Source: Spirochaetia bacterium | GTDB taxonomy: Bacteria > Spirochaetota > Spirochaetia > CADAEX01 | NCBI GenBank assembly: GCA_963662795.1 | Contig: OY759746.1 | Coordinates: 2,880,001-2,944,000, forward strand | DNA length: 64,000 nt | Direction: 5' to 3' | Shown here: positions 19,507 through 28,815 of the stretch, piece after piece | How the letters are laid out: each line of letters opens with the position of its first letter | Position numbering within the stretch: the stretch's first letter is position 1 | Program-made: the position numbers and the translations under genes | Notes under the pieces: generated by a model | Seen by the model: only the letters and a program-made list of their open reading frames with translations | What the model was told of the DNA's origin: nothing | Database searches by the model: none

Positions 19507-20298
19507 ATGGCAAAAAGGATCAGCGAAGAAGAAGCGGAAAAAGCGATAGATAGAATTCGAAGGAAATATAACGATCTTATAGTTATGTATATGCTTGATC
19601 CCCGTCTAAAGAGGGCTTTTGAGCAAAGACTCTTTGAGATCAGACAAGGGGGCTTTGACATGGCAAGGTTTTTGCGTGATGAGATAGAATCCTTGCTTGA
19701 TATTGAAAAAAAAGAACGGGAAAAAATAAATAACGCTGCAAAGAAAAGCAGCGCGGAAAAACAGAAAAAAGCCAGGAAAAATGAGGGGGAGAAAAAGGAT
19801 TTTGCCGACCGTGTTCTTGAGCAGATCATGGCAAAGATAGAAAAGTACCCTGATATCCATATTCACGAGAACGCAAATCCCGAAATAAGAAAACTTATCG
19901 GAACATTGATTGATTTTGATTTAACCAGATGGACATATTTGGAAAAACTTTCAAAAAAATACCGTATCAACAGATATGATCCTGGATTCACCCGCGTTGA
20001 AAAAATGCTTGATAATTTTACAAGAATATACACGGATGATATCCCCGCGCGCATTGCAGGTTACAGGAGCATGCTTTATTCATCCCTTGCAAGGAACAAG
20101 GATATAGGCAAGGAAGAAAAACTTATCATTCTTGAATGCGCCTTTCTGGTTAAATCGCTGAAGGAAATTTTTTCCGCGCTCACATCGAATTCTGAATTGC
20201 TGCCTGATGAAAAAAAGAAACTTATTGACTCAATTGAATACCTTGACCGGATTACAGATGATTTCCGTCTTAAAGATCTTATGACGCTTGCAAAGTGA
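19507..20298 (+). CDS. Hypothetical helical protein
   Basis: 263-aa ORF; TATAAT ends 6 nt before the ATG. Confidence 0.7.
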   Translation: MAKRISEEEAEKAIDRIRRKYNDLIVMYMLDPRLKRAFEQRLFEIRQGGFDMARFLRDEIESLLDIEKKEREKINNAAKKSSAEKQKKARKNEGEKKDFADRVLEQIMAKIEKYPDIHIHENANPEIRKLIGTLIDFDLTRWTYLEKLSKKYRINRYDPGFTRVEKMLDNFTRIYTDDIPARIAGYRSMLYSSLARNKDIGKEEKLIILECAFLVKSLKEIFSALTSNSELLPDEKKKLIDSIEYLDRITDDFRLKDLMTLAK

Positions 20299-20339
20299 AA
20301 TGTTCATTTTGAATTTTTATTAAAACCCGGGAATTATTC

Positions 20340-21389
20340 TTAAGGGATATAAACTTCATCGTTATTGACGCTGCCGAATGTAAAACCGCTTGTTGGAACA
20401 ATATGCCAGTCTGTGTTTGTGTTTGAATCATCTGAAGCACTGTTTCTGCAGTTTGATCTTGTGGCTGTAGAGTCTTCAGGGTTAACGCATTCTTCCGGTG
20501 TTATCATCTCACCTGAGAACAGCCATGCCCCGGCCTCTGATATGCAGTCTGCCTTATGCAGCATTACATCAGATCCGAATCCCCTGTATTTTTCATCAGA
20601 AAGCGAGTTCCTGTTGCTGTAGACAGCAGCATCGATAATATTTCCTTCCGGTGCGGCATATACGGTAAGTGCGCCGTTATTGCCTGAAAGGCCGCTTCCT
20701 CCACTTATCCAGAAATCTCTCGCTGAAGGGGAAGCATCAAGCCCTCCGGAAGCGTCAGGTCCGTCCGGCGCGCCTGTTTCTCCTGTCTCATCAATTTCGA
20801 TCGGAAGATTCTGCGGTTTTGTGTGTATTACGACATATTCGCCTTCAGCAATTTCAAAAGAGGGAAAAATAAATTCCAGGTCATGTTCACAGCAGCACCC
20901 TGCGTAAAACACAGCCCCTGCCATATTTCCTGCAGTTTTAATATAAAGTTCCACCATATCAGGGTGGGTTGAGCTTCCGTTTGTTGTGAATTCGTTTATC
21001 AGGATATCAGGAACTCTCGGGTTAAAACCGTAGAAATTTGTGCTGAATGATAGTGTATTACCGTATTTATCTTTTACGCGTCCTTTAATAAAATACTCTA
21101 AACCGGGGATTTGCTCTTCAGACAGATAAATAATGATTGATGTTCCATTTGCTTCTGCAGAAATATTTCCCGGTGCTGGTTTTATTTCAAAATCTTTCTC
21201 CGGTTCCGGCGAAACAATTTCTTTTGAGAAATGGAATTCCACTCTTCTGCTTTCAATATTTGAAAAACCGATTATTTTAGGGGGAAGAATGTTGTCAGGC
21301 AGATCAGGATTCAGTATCTCAACCGGGGCGCATGACAAATGAATAATAGTTAGAAACCCGGCCGCGACTGAAAAAATCGGTCTATACAT
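20340..21389 (-). CDS. Lipoprotein with Ig-like and lamin-tail-like domain
   Basis: Lipobox IHLS-C; ILINEF...DMVELY...GEYVVIH...GLSGNNG lamin-tail-domain pattern. Confidence 0.7.
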   Translation of the reverse strand: MYRPIFSVAAGFLTIIHLSCAPVEILNPDLPDNILPPKIIGFSNIESRRVEFHFSKEIVSPEPEKDFEIKPAPGNISAEANGTSIIIYLSEEQIPGLEYFIKGRVKDKYGNTLSFSTNFYGFNPRVPDILINEFTTNGSSTHPDMVELYIKTAGNMAGAVFYAGCCCEHDLEFIFPSFEIAEGEYVVIHTKPQNLPIEIDETGETGAPDGPDASGGLDASPSARDFWISGGSGLSGNNGALTVYAAPEGNIIDAAVYSNRNSLSDEKYRGFGSDVMLHKADCISEAGAWLFSGEMITPEECVNPEDSTATRSNCRNSASDDSNTNTDWHIVPTSGFTFGSVNNDEVYIP

Positions 21390-21466
21390 ACTTTCCTCCT
21401 GACGATATATATATTAACATTGTTAATATATATTTTGATTCAGTATGATGCCGGAGGTTTTTTAAA

Positions 21467-22069
21467 ATGTCAGATGTTACCCTTTTTAACAAGTTCGGAA
21501 GAGTTGTCGAAAACGGCCAGCTTATATTCAGGGAAGGGGAAGAGGGCGACCAGATGTATATTATCCAGGAAGGCGCTGTAAAAATCTCTAAAAGCATTGG
21601 CGGACGGGAACATATGCTTGCAGTACTTAACAAGGGAGATTTTTTCGGGGAAATGGCAATTGTAAGCAGGATGAAAAGGACTGCAAACGCGACAGCTGTA
21701 GGGGAAGTACATCTTCTTGCCTTTAACAGGGAAGGATTTGTCCAGATGGTAGAAAAAAACGCGAAGATAGGGCTCAATATAATTGATAAACTCTGCAGAA
21801 GGCTTGAACAGGCGAATCAGCAGATTAAAATGCTTGTTAAAAAAGATATAAAAAGTCTTATTGCAATGAACCTTTATTATACTCTTCAGGGAGCAGGCGT
21901 AGATACTGATAACCTTTATTATGACCAGATAACAGGGAATATCGCAAAGAATATGGAACTGCCTGTGAAACTGGTACAGGAAAAATTCGATGATTTCCAG
22001 AATGAAAAGATTATATCAATAGCAGGAAATAAAATAACAATAAACAATATAGATAAATTGAAGGAATAG
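21467..22069 (+). CDS. Crp/Fnr-family cyclic-nucleotide-binding protein
   Basis: IFREGEEGDQMYIIQEGAV...GDFFGEMA...RTANA cNMP domain with a degenerate C-terminal HTH. Confidence 0.88.
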   Translation: MSDVTLFNKFGRVVENGQLIFREGEEGDQMYIIQEGAVKISKSIGGREHMLAVLNKGDFFGEMAIVSRMKRTANATAVGEVHLLAFNREGFVQMVEKNAKIGLNIIDKLCRRLEQANQQIKMLVKKDIKSLIAMNLYYTLQGAGVDTDNLYYDQITGNIAKNMELPVKLVQEKFDDFQNEKIISIAGNKITINNIDKLKE

Positions 22070-22113
22070 GGTTAGTATACCGTATACCATTATTCGGGAA
22101 GGGGATTTTTATT

Positions 22114-23937
22114 ATGTGCGGAATAGTAGGATACTGCGGAAGCAAACCGGCATCAGATATATTACTTGAAGGATTAAGGCGCCTTGAATACAGAGGCTAT
22201 GATTCTGCGGGAATATGTGTAGGTACTGCTTCAGGGTTTAATGTGATAAAAAAAACAGGCAAGATAAAGGACCTGAAAGCCGCAGTTCCATCTGAGCCTT
22301 TCGGAGCTAACGGAATAGGCCATACCAGATGGGCTACACACGGGGGTGTTACTGATGAAAACGCCCATCCTCATACAGACTGCAGCGGCAGAATTTCCCT
22401 GGTCCATAACGGGATAATTGAAAATTACACAAAATTAAAGGAAATACTTCTTGCAAAAGGGCATGTCTTTAAATCAGAAACAGACACGGAAGTAATTGTT
22501 CATCTGATTGAAGATTTATATGCCGGAGACCTGACTCAGGCTGTACGGGACGCTGTGCAGCGTGTAAAAGGAACTTATGGCATAGTAGTGATGCACGCTG
22601 ACCATCCTGATATGCTGGTCGGCGCCCGAAACGGATCACCTTTGATTATCGGCATAGGTGAAAATGAAATGTTTATCGGGTCTGATGTTACAGCAATGAT
22701 ATCCTATACCAAGCAGGTCGTTTACCTTGAGGATGGCGAGATTGTAACAATCACAAGGGATGCATACCGGATATCAGATCTCAACGACAGAAAAATAAAC
22801 AAGGATGTAAATGAGGTAAACTGGGAATTTGAATCGTTTGAAAAAGGGCTTTATGATCATTTCATGCTCAAGGAAATATATGAACAGAAGGAATCAATAA
22901 CCAGAGGGATGCTGGGCCGGCTCAACCTGGACCAGGCTACAGGGCATCTGGGCGGGCTTAACATGACAAGCAGTGAGCTCCTTAACATTGAACGGATAAT
23001 AATAGTTGCCGCAGGAACATCTTTTCACGCGGGACTTGTCGCAGCGTATCTTCTTGAATCTGTGGCAAGGATTCCCGCAAATGCGGAGCTCGCATCTGAA
23101 TTAAGATACAGAAATCCCATTATTCAGAAAAACGCGCTGTATTTTGTCGTGTCGCAGTCTGGCGAAACAGCAGATACGCTGTATGCCATGAGGGAACTTA
23201 AACGTAAGGGGGCAAAAGTGCTTGGCATATGCAACGTTGTAGGTTCTACAATTGCAAGGGAAACAGACGGCGGAGTCTATATTCACTCAGGGCCTGAAAT
23301 TGCTGTAGCCTCGACAAAGGCATTTACTTCCCAGCTTACAGCTCTTTATATTTTTACATTGCTGATCGCGAGGATGAGGGACATGTCTTTTGAGGCTGGC
23401 AGCGATTTTGTAAAACAGATGCAGACGCTTCCCGACATGATAAAACATACACTTGATAAATCCGGAGAGATTAAAAAACTTGCGGACAAATACAGTTTTG
23501 CGAAAAACTTCCTGTTTCTTGGAAGAGGCATCAACTATCCTGTTGCGCTGGAAGGTGCTTTAAAACTAAAAGAAATATCCTATATACACGCGGAAGGGTT
23601 CAGCGCCGCAGAGATAAAACACGGACCGATTGCCCTGATAAATGAGGAAACGCCGTCCCTTTTTCTTGTCCCTGACGACAGGCTGAGGGAGAAAGTTATT
23701 TCCAATATGAAGGAAGTAAAAGCCAGAAAAGGGCTTGTTATCGCAGTTTGTGTCGAAGGTGATGAGGAAGTCGCAAGGATAGCAGATGACGTAATTACTG
23801 TTCCTCATGCATATGAGTATATGTATCCTTTCGTAATGATCACGCCCCTGCAGCTTTTTGCCTATTACATGGCCTTAAAACTGGGACGGGACGTTGACCA
23901 GCCGAGGAACCTTGCAAAAAGTGTTACGGTTGAATAG
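22114..23937 (+). CDS. glmS: Glutamine--fructose-6-phosphate aminotransferase
   Basis: MCGIVG, EYRGYDSAG, GHTRWATHG, SQSGETADT, PRNLAKSVTVE. Confidence 0.99.
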   Translation: MCGIVGYCGSKPASDILLEGLRRLEYRGYDSAGICVGTASGFNVIKKTGKIKDLKAAVPSEPFGANGIGHTRWATHGGVTDENAHPHTDCSGRISLVHNGIIENYTKLKEILLAKGHVFKSETDTEVIVHLIEDLYAGDLTQAVRDAVQRVKGTYGIVVMHADHPDMLVGARNGSPLIIGIGENEMFIGSDVTAMISYTKQVVYLEDGEIVTITRDAYRISDLNDRKINKDVNEVNWEFESFEKGLYDHFMLKEIYEQKESITRGMLGRLNLDQATGHLGGLNMTSSELLNIERIIIVAAGTSFHAGLVAAYLLESVARIPANAELASELRYRNPIIQKNALYFVVSQSGETADTLYAMRELKRKGAKVLGICNVVGSTIARETDGGVYIHSGPEIAVASTKAFTSQLTALYIFTLLIARMRDMSFEAGSDFVKQMQTLPDMIKHTLDKSGEIKKLADKYSFAKNFLFLGRGINYPVALEGALKLKEISYIHAEGFSAAEIKHGPIALINEETPSLFLVPDDRLREKVISNMKEVKARKGLVIAVCVEGDEEVARIADDVITVPHAYEYMYPFVMITPLQLFAYYMALKLGRDVDQPRNLAKSVTVE

Positions 23938-24433
23938 ATTCAGGAAACTGATAAAATCCGGAATATTTTTTATATTTGCAGCCGCAATTTTTTTGTTTAT
24001 CCCGGAATATTCTCCCGCGCAGCAGAAAACCATTACAGCTTTTCTCGAATCAGGACCGTCCGCTCTTTCAGGTATGCCGGGGTTAGGTGTAAATGTCCTG
24101 AAAGGGTGGAAAGGAATATATCAGCTGCCGGCAGGGTCAGGGACAGCTGAAAAAGTTACAGTATATTTTTCAAAAACCTCAGTTCCGGTTTTTGAGAGCT
24201 GGAGTGAAGTAAAAACAGCATCGAACACTATCTTTAAAGCAGGGCAAAAGAATCTTTTTATATACCGTTATCTGGAAAACTGGACACTGTTTATCGAGTT
24301 TAATAATGATGATATTCCTCCGGGCGCTTTATTTTTTACAGATGCGCTTATACAGCAGATGATTTTTTTTGTAAGGGACGGCAGCAATTTTGTTAATTCT
24401 TCATTTCCAGCTGTTATAGAATATAAACCTTAA
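23894..24433 (+). CDS. Hypothetical exported protein
   Basis: Signal-peptide-like segment; real start probably TTG near 23930, overlapping the glmS stop. Confidence 0.55.
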   Translation: MTSRGTLQKVLRLNRFRKLIKSGIFFIFAAAIFLFIPEYSPAQQKTITAFLESGPSALSGMPGLGVNVLKGWKGIYQLPAGSGTAEKVTVYFSKTSVPVFESWSEVKTASNTIFKAGQKNLFIYRYLENWTLFIEFNNDDIPPGALFFTDALIQQMIFFVRDGSNFVNSSFPAVIEYKP

Positions 24434-24476
24434 CCGATCTTTTTAATTCATTTTAAAGTTAAGACAGATAAGTGCT

Positions 24477-24502
24477 TAAAACTCAATAATTTATCCCGAT
24501 AA
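24477..24502 (+). promoter_or_regulatory. Sigma28-like promoter of vWA gene
   Basis: TAAA-N14-CCCGATAA ending 6 nt before ATG 24509; no RBS. Confidence 0.5.
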
Positions 24503-24508
24503 TATAAT

Positions 24509-25630
24509 ATGAAAAAGTTAATTTACCTGATTCTTTTTTTTATCGGTGTATGCTATATCCACCCGCAGGATAAAAACCCTGTGGGAAGCCTTAAAATAAC
24601 TGCCGGAGATATTATTATTGAGGAACAGGCTGACGGGGGATATCATCTCTGGATAAAATCTAATGGCCGGACAGGATCGGTAATGATAACTGAATCGACA
24701 GCAGATCCGGAGAAAAAAAACGCGGTTTATGCGCTGCGCTCCGGTGTCTATAATACCGTTAACGGGGATGAAAAAAGAATTCTTGACGGAAAAGAGCTTG
24801 ATCCGGCAAGAGGGCTTTATTTTCTTATTGATTCCACGCCTGAAAACCATGAAAAACTGGGTCAGGCTTTTCATATTTTTATACCTTATATTACTGAATT
24901 TGGTTATCCCTGGAGCCGCAGCGGAGAAATCTATATAACTTCAGGTACATTTCTGAATATACGCAGCTTCACAAAGCAGTTTGGAGATTACAGCGGCGGT
25001 TTTCTGGATAATCCGTTTGTTCTTGATGTTATCCAGATCCCGGTAACTGTAAAACCGGCCGGCGATTATATGAAAGAAGCTGTAGAAAGTTTTTCCGAAA
25101 TTGCGGACAAGGGAAGCGGAGATATAATCTATTCAAGCGCAGATAACCTGCTTGCTGATATTGGAAAAGTAATCTCTTTATTCGACGCCCCTTCCATAGA
25201 TATTGTTTTTGCCATTGATACAACCGAGAGCATGAAAAATGATATTGATATACTGAAGAAAGGTTTTTTAAAACTGCTTGAAGAAAAACTGGAAGGGCAT
25301 GAAAAGGCAAGGGTAGGAGTTGTTTATTACAAGGATTACGGTGAAGAGTATTTAACAAAAACATTTCCCTTTACAGAGGACATACCGGCTGTCAAGGGGC
25401 TTGTCAACTCTGTAAAAGTGTGGGGAGGAAAGGATCGGCCCGAAGCTGTTTATGAGGCACTTTACGAATGTGTTTACGGCTATTCCTGGGAAGCTGATGA
25501 CAGGGTAGTCATCCTCATCGGTGATGCACCTGCCCATCCGAAGCCTCGCGGAAGTATTACAAAAGAAATGGTATTTGAAAAAGCAGCGGCGGAGAATGTC
25601 AGTCTTTATACAATAATCCTGCCGCCATGA
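24509..25630 (+). CDS. Exported von Willebrand factor A domain protein
   Basis: Signal peptide; DIVFAIDTTESM MIDAS, YKDY, GGKDRPEAVYEAL, ILIGDAPAH. Confidence 0.88.
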   Translation: MKKLIYLILFFIGVCYIHPQDKNPVGSLKITAGDIIIEEQADGGYHLWIKSNGRTGSVMITESTADPEKKNAVYALRSGVYNTVNGDEKRILDGKELDPARGLYFLIDSTPENHEKLGQAFHIFIPYITEFGYPWSRSGEIYITSGTFLNIRSFTKQFGDYSGGFLDNPFVLDVIQIPVTVKPAGDYMKEAVESFSEIADKGSGDIIYSSADNLLADIGKVISLFDAPSIDIVFAIDTTESMKNDIDILKKGFLKLLEEKLEGHEKARVGVVYYKDYGEEYLTKTFPFTEDIPAVKGLVNSVKVWGGKDRPEAVYEALYECVYGYSWEADDRVVILIGDAPAHPKPRGSITKEMVFEKAAAENVSLYTIILPP

Positions 25631-25697
25631 TGAATCTGCGGCTGAATACAGCTGCAGTGTATAATGTAAGTGAGGCAATTTCTGTTAACGGAAAATA

Positions 25698-26099
25698 TCA
25701 GTATTTGTTCGCTTCTTCCGCTTTTTCAAGTATTTTTTCTGAAAGTATTTTCGGCCATTCAGGATAATATACCCGCTCTTCTGTTTCATATCTGGCAAGG
25801 ATCTCTTTGAATCTTTTTATTGATTCACTGTAATTTTCCTGTTTGTAATGGATAAAAGCAATTTCATATTCAGCTTCAATAACTTTTCCCTTCATGTCCG
25901 GGTATTTTTTGATGAATTCCTGGTAATAAAACAGCGCTGCCTTATAGTTACCCCAGTCAACAACAGCGCTCTGTGCGTTTTTAAAATATTCCTCCGGCTG
26001 GAGATTTTCAGGAATACTTTTCGGTACACCCCTACAGCCTGAAAACAGGAATAATAAAACTGCAGATGTTAGAAGAAGATTGATTGTACGGGTTTTCAT
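25698..26099 (-). CDS. Small TPR lipoprotein (BamD-like fold)
   Basis: Lipobox LFSG-C; YQEFIKKYPD...EAEYEIAFIHYKQENY. Confidence 0.75.
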   Translation of the reverse strand: MKTRTINLLLTSAVLLFLFSGCRGVPKSIPENLQPEEYFKNAQSAVVDWGNYKAALFYYQEFIKKYPDMKGKVIEAEYEIAFIHYKQENYSESIKRFKEILARYETEERVYYPEWPKILSEKILEKAEEANKY

Positions 26100-26117
26100 T
26101 TTTCGCCTTGTTTATGT

Positions 26118-26423
26118 TTATTGATATAGTTCGTCTTTTATCGGGAGTGTGTTTTTGAGTTCCTTGATATATTCCTTAGGATCACCCATCGGCACATAAC
26201 TATCACAGGAGGAAAGACTTCGTCTCGCAACGGTAAAGTATTTGTAAAATTTTTCGCCGCCAAGTTTTTTAACCCATTTTCCGGCAGCACACCTGACTCT
26301 GAGGTAATATTGAGTTCCGCTGCCTTCAAGAGTTCGTACTATTCTGCAGTTGCTGCAGTTTGCACAGTAAATCTTGTCTGTTGAATATTCATCGTCCTGA
26401 CAGAAAGTATTATGATCTTCCAT
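26118..26423 (-). CDS. Small cysteine-rich hypothetical protein
   Basis: CANCSNC...RVRC...CDSY; AGGAGG RBS. Confidence 0.75.
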   Translation of the reverse strand: MEDHNTFCQDDEYSTDKIYCANCSNCRIVRTLEGSGTQYYLRVRCAAGKWVKKLGGEKFYKYFTVARRSLSSCDSYVPMGDPKEYIKELKNTLPIKDELYQ

Positions 26424-26485
26424 CAGTACCTCCTTTGTTTAAATGAGATAATACCATGATCGTCTTTTTACCGTCAATAGTTTAG

Positions 26486-27814
26486 TCAGAGCGTCTCCTC
26501 ATGTTCATCAATTATGCTCAAATAAACACTTTTGCCTTTTACAAAATCAAAACCGTCTATTTCTGTCATTGCCCTGCCGACATCTCCTTCTTTTGCCCTG
26601 TGCGTTGTTATGATAATCGGCACATAGTTATCGATGGAATCTTCCCCGTTCCTTTTTTGCAGAACGCTTGAAATACTTATGCTGTGCTGTCCGAAAGCTG
26701 AGGCGATTTTAGCCAGTACTCCCGGCTGGTCCTTTACCGTGATACGTATATAATATCTGCCGCTTTCCTCGCCCGGAGGCAGCATTACTGCAGGAGCAGT
26801 TATATCAGGCCAGATGGGCAGGCTTCCGAACGTATTTTGTGCAGTTCCCAGAAGAACGCTGATGATGTCAGATATTATCGCGGAAGCGGTAGGAGAACCT
26901 CCGGCTCCTCTGCCGTAATACATTGTATGTCCGACAGCATGGCTGTAAATGCTGATTGCGTTAAAAGGGCCGGAAATCCATGCCAGAGGATGCTCCTTGC
27001 TGATAAATGAAGGAGCTACCTTAACTGAAAGTTTTCCGTTAGATATTTTTGCCATGGCGATAAGTTTAATTATATAGCCTAGCTCTTTTCCGGAAGCAAC
27101 ATCAAAAAGATCAAGATTATCAATCCCCGAGACAGGGATCGAGTCAAGATTTACCTGCATTCCGAATGCAATTGAGCTGAGTATAGTCAGTTTGTGTGCC
27201 GAATCCATTCCTGAGACATCAAGAGTCGGATCAGCTTCAGCAAGCCCTCTTTCCTGTGCCCCGTTTAGTGCTTCCCTGTAGGTTATCCCGTTTGTAGTCA
27301 TTTCAGTAAGAATATAATTGCATGTACCGTTTACAATACCGTAAAGTGCCTCATTTTTATTCGCAATAAGGCCGTCGTATAATGCTCTGATGACAGGGAT
27401 GCCGCCTCCGCAGCTGGCTTCAAAGGAAACTGTTACATTGTTCTCCCTTGCAAGGGAAAAAAGTTCCACTCCGTAGTGGGCAAGCAGCGCTTTATTGGCA
27501 GTAACAAGATGCTTGCCTGCTTTTAATATCTTTTTTGCAGATTCACGCGCTATTGTAGTACCGCCCATCAGCTCCACTACTACGATTACGTCCTTGTCTG
27601 AAAGTACGGAATCAAGACCGCTTGTAAAAAGTCTGCTGTCAAGTCCAAGCTTTTTGGCATGAGTAAAGTTAATGTCTATAATATATTTAAGAAAAAAATC
27701 TATATTTGTCCTTTTTTTAAGGAAGTCAATATCATCCAGTAAAAGCTTTGCAGTTGCTCCGCCTACAGTTCCACATCCAAGAATTGCAACACCCTTTTTT
27801 TCCATAGTAATCAC
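26486..27814 (-). CDS. hom: Homoserine dehydrogenase with ACT domain
   Basis: ILGCGTVGG, VTANKA, FEASCGGGIP, GIVNGTCNYIL, AEADPTLDV, GRGAGGSPTASA, C-terminal DQPGVLAKI. Confidence 0.97.
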   Translation of the reverse strand: MITMEKKGVAILGCGTVGGATAKLLLDDIDFLKKRTNIDFFLKYIIDINFTHAKKLGLDSRLFTSGLDSVLSDKDVIVVVELMGGTTIARESAKKILKAGKHLVTANKALLAHYGVELFSLARENNVTVSFEASCGGGIPVIRALYDGLIANKNEALYGIVNGTCNYILTEMTTNGITYREALNGAQERGLAEADPTLDVSGMDSAHKLTILSSIAFGMQVNLDSIPVSGIDNLDLFDVASGKELGYIIKLIAMAKISNGKLSVKVAPSFISKEHPLAWISGPFNAISIYSHAVGHTMYYGRGAGGSPTASAIISDIISVLLGTAQNTFGSLPIWPDITAPAVMLPPGEESGRYYIRITVKDQPGVLAKIASAFGQHSISISSVLQKRNGEDSIDNYVPIIITTHRAKEGDVGRAMTEIDGFDFVKGKSVYLSIIDEHEETL

Positions 27815-27933
27815 CAGTATGCTCCTTTTTCGGGGTTATATTATTGTGAGGCCGGTAAATTGTCAATAATAAAGGCAGTATGACAGGGGGTATATCTTGG
27901 ATATCATCTTCCATTCTGTTAAGCTCAATTCCG

Positions 27934-28815
27934 ATGGATATTCTAGAATTTAATATAAACGAACTGCTTTGTGCGGACAGGCTGATGGATTTTTTCAGCA
28001 CTTATCAGGAAGATGGGCAGGTAATAAGCAATGGTTTATATGATCTTCCTTTTGTTGACGGCATAAATGTTATCTGGGGATTTCATGTTCTTGAAGCTGC
28101 CGCAAAGTCCGGTATGGAGAGAATTTACTGCAGGAATCTGAAAAGTAATAATCTGACTATGAAGGAAAAGCTTGAAACCGCGCTTATGACCGAAGGCAGG
28201 ACAGACCGCTATTCCTGGAGTGAAAAAGAAAAAATATATCTGTTTATTGAAAATATTCTCCACGGTGAGGCAGATGAGCGGCTGTTGCGTCTTGTTCAGA
28301 GCGGAGGGTCTTTTATCCCTTCTGTTCTTATCTATTCTTCTCTCCCTGATTTTATGAAAAATATTGTTGAAAAGGGGATGGCTGATCTTAAGACTGCAAG
28401 AAGCTGCGTCAATATACCTGAAAGAGCTTTTAAATTGATTGAAGAATATTTCTCTCATCTCTCATTCAGCAAAAGAAGGATCATGCTTGTAAATATATCC
28501 GAGATTATCAGCCGAAACACATTTGGTGAAAAGGAAGCTGTAAAACTCGCAAGAGAGATTATGGCTTCTGAAGAACCTTCATCAGAAGCTGAGAGAAGAA
28601 GATATCCGGGACTTACCGGCAGTTTCAGGCAATTTGATGCGTTTTGCGAGTTAAATCTTAAAAACACCGGGATAACACTAAAATCTCCCCCCTGGTTTGA
28701 AGGTGATGCCTATGCTGTCTCATTTTCCTTTAAAAGCGCGAAGCAGCTTGGAAAAATAATTGCTTCCCTGGAGAGGCTCAAGGAAAACTCTGATGAAATT
28801 TTCAGATTATTATAA
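27934..28815 (+). CDS. Degenerate ParB/Srx-like N-terminal domain protein
   Basis: VIWGFHVLEAAAKSGMERIYC and EGRTDRYSWSEK resemble ParB-N boxes but lack the GxRR arginines; C-terminal RYPGL...PPWFEG. The ORF can be extended to 27880. Confidence 0.55.
   Translation: MDILEFNINELLCADRLMDFFSTYQEDGQVISNGLYDLPFVDGINVIWGFHVLEAAAKSGMERIYCRNLKSNNLTMKEKLETALMTEGRTDRYSWSEKEKIYLFIENILHGEADERLLRLVQSGGSFIPSVLIYSSLPDFMKNIVEKGMADLKTARSCVNIPERAFKLIEEYFSHLSFSKRRIMLVNISEIISRNTFGEKEAVKLAREIMASEEPSSEAERRRYPGLTGSFRQFDAFCELNLKNTGITLKSPPWFEGDAYAVSFSFKSAKQLGKIIASLERLKENSDEIFRLL

Noticed and set aside
22070-22113. glmS ribozyme
   Set aside because: The intergenic gap is only 44 nt; no room or consensus.
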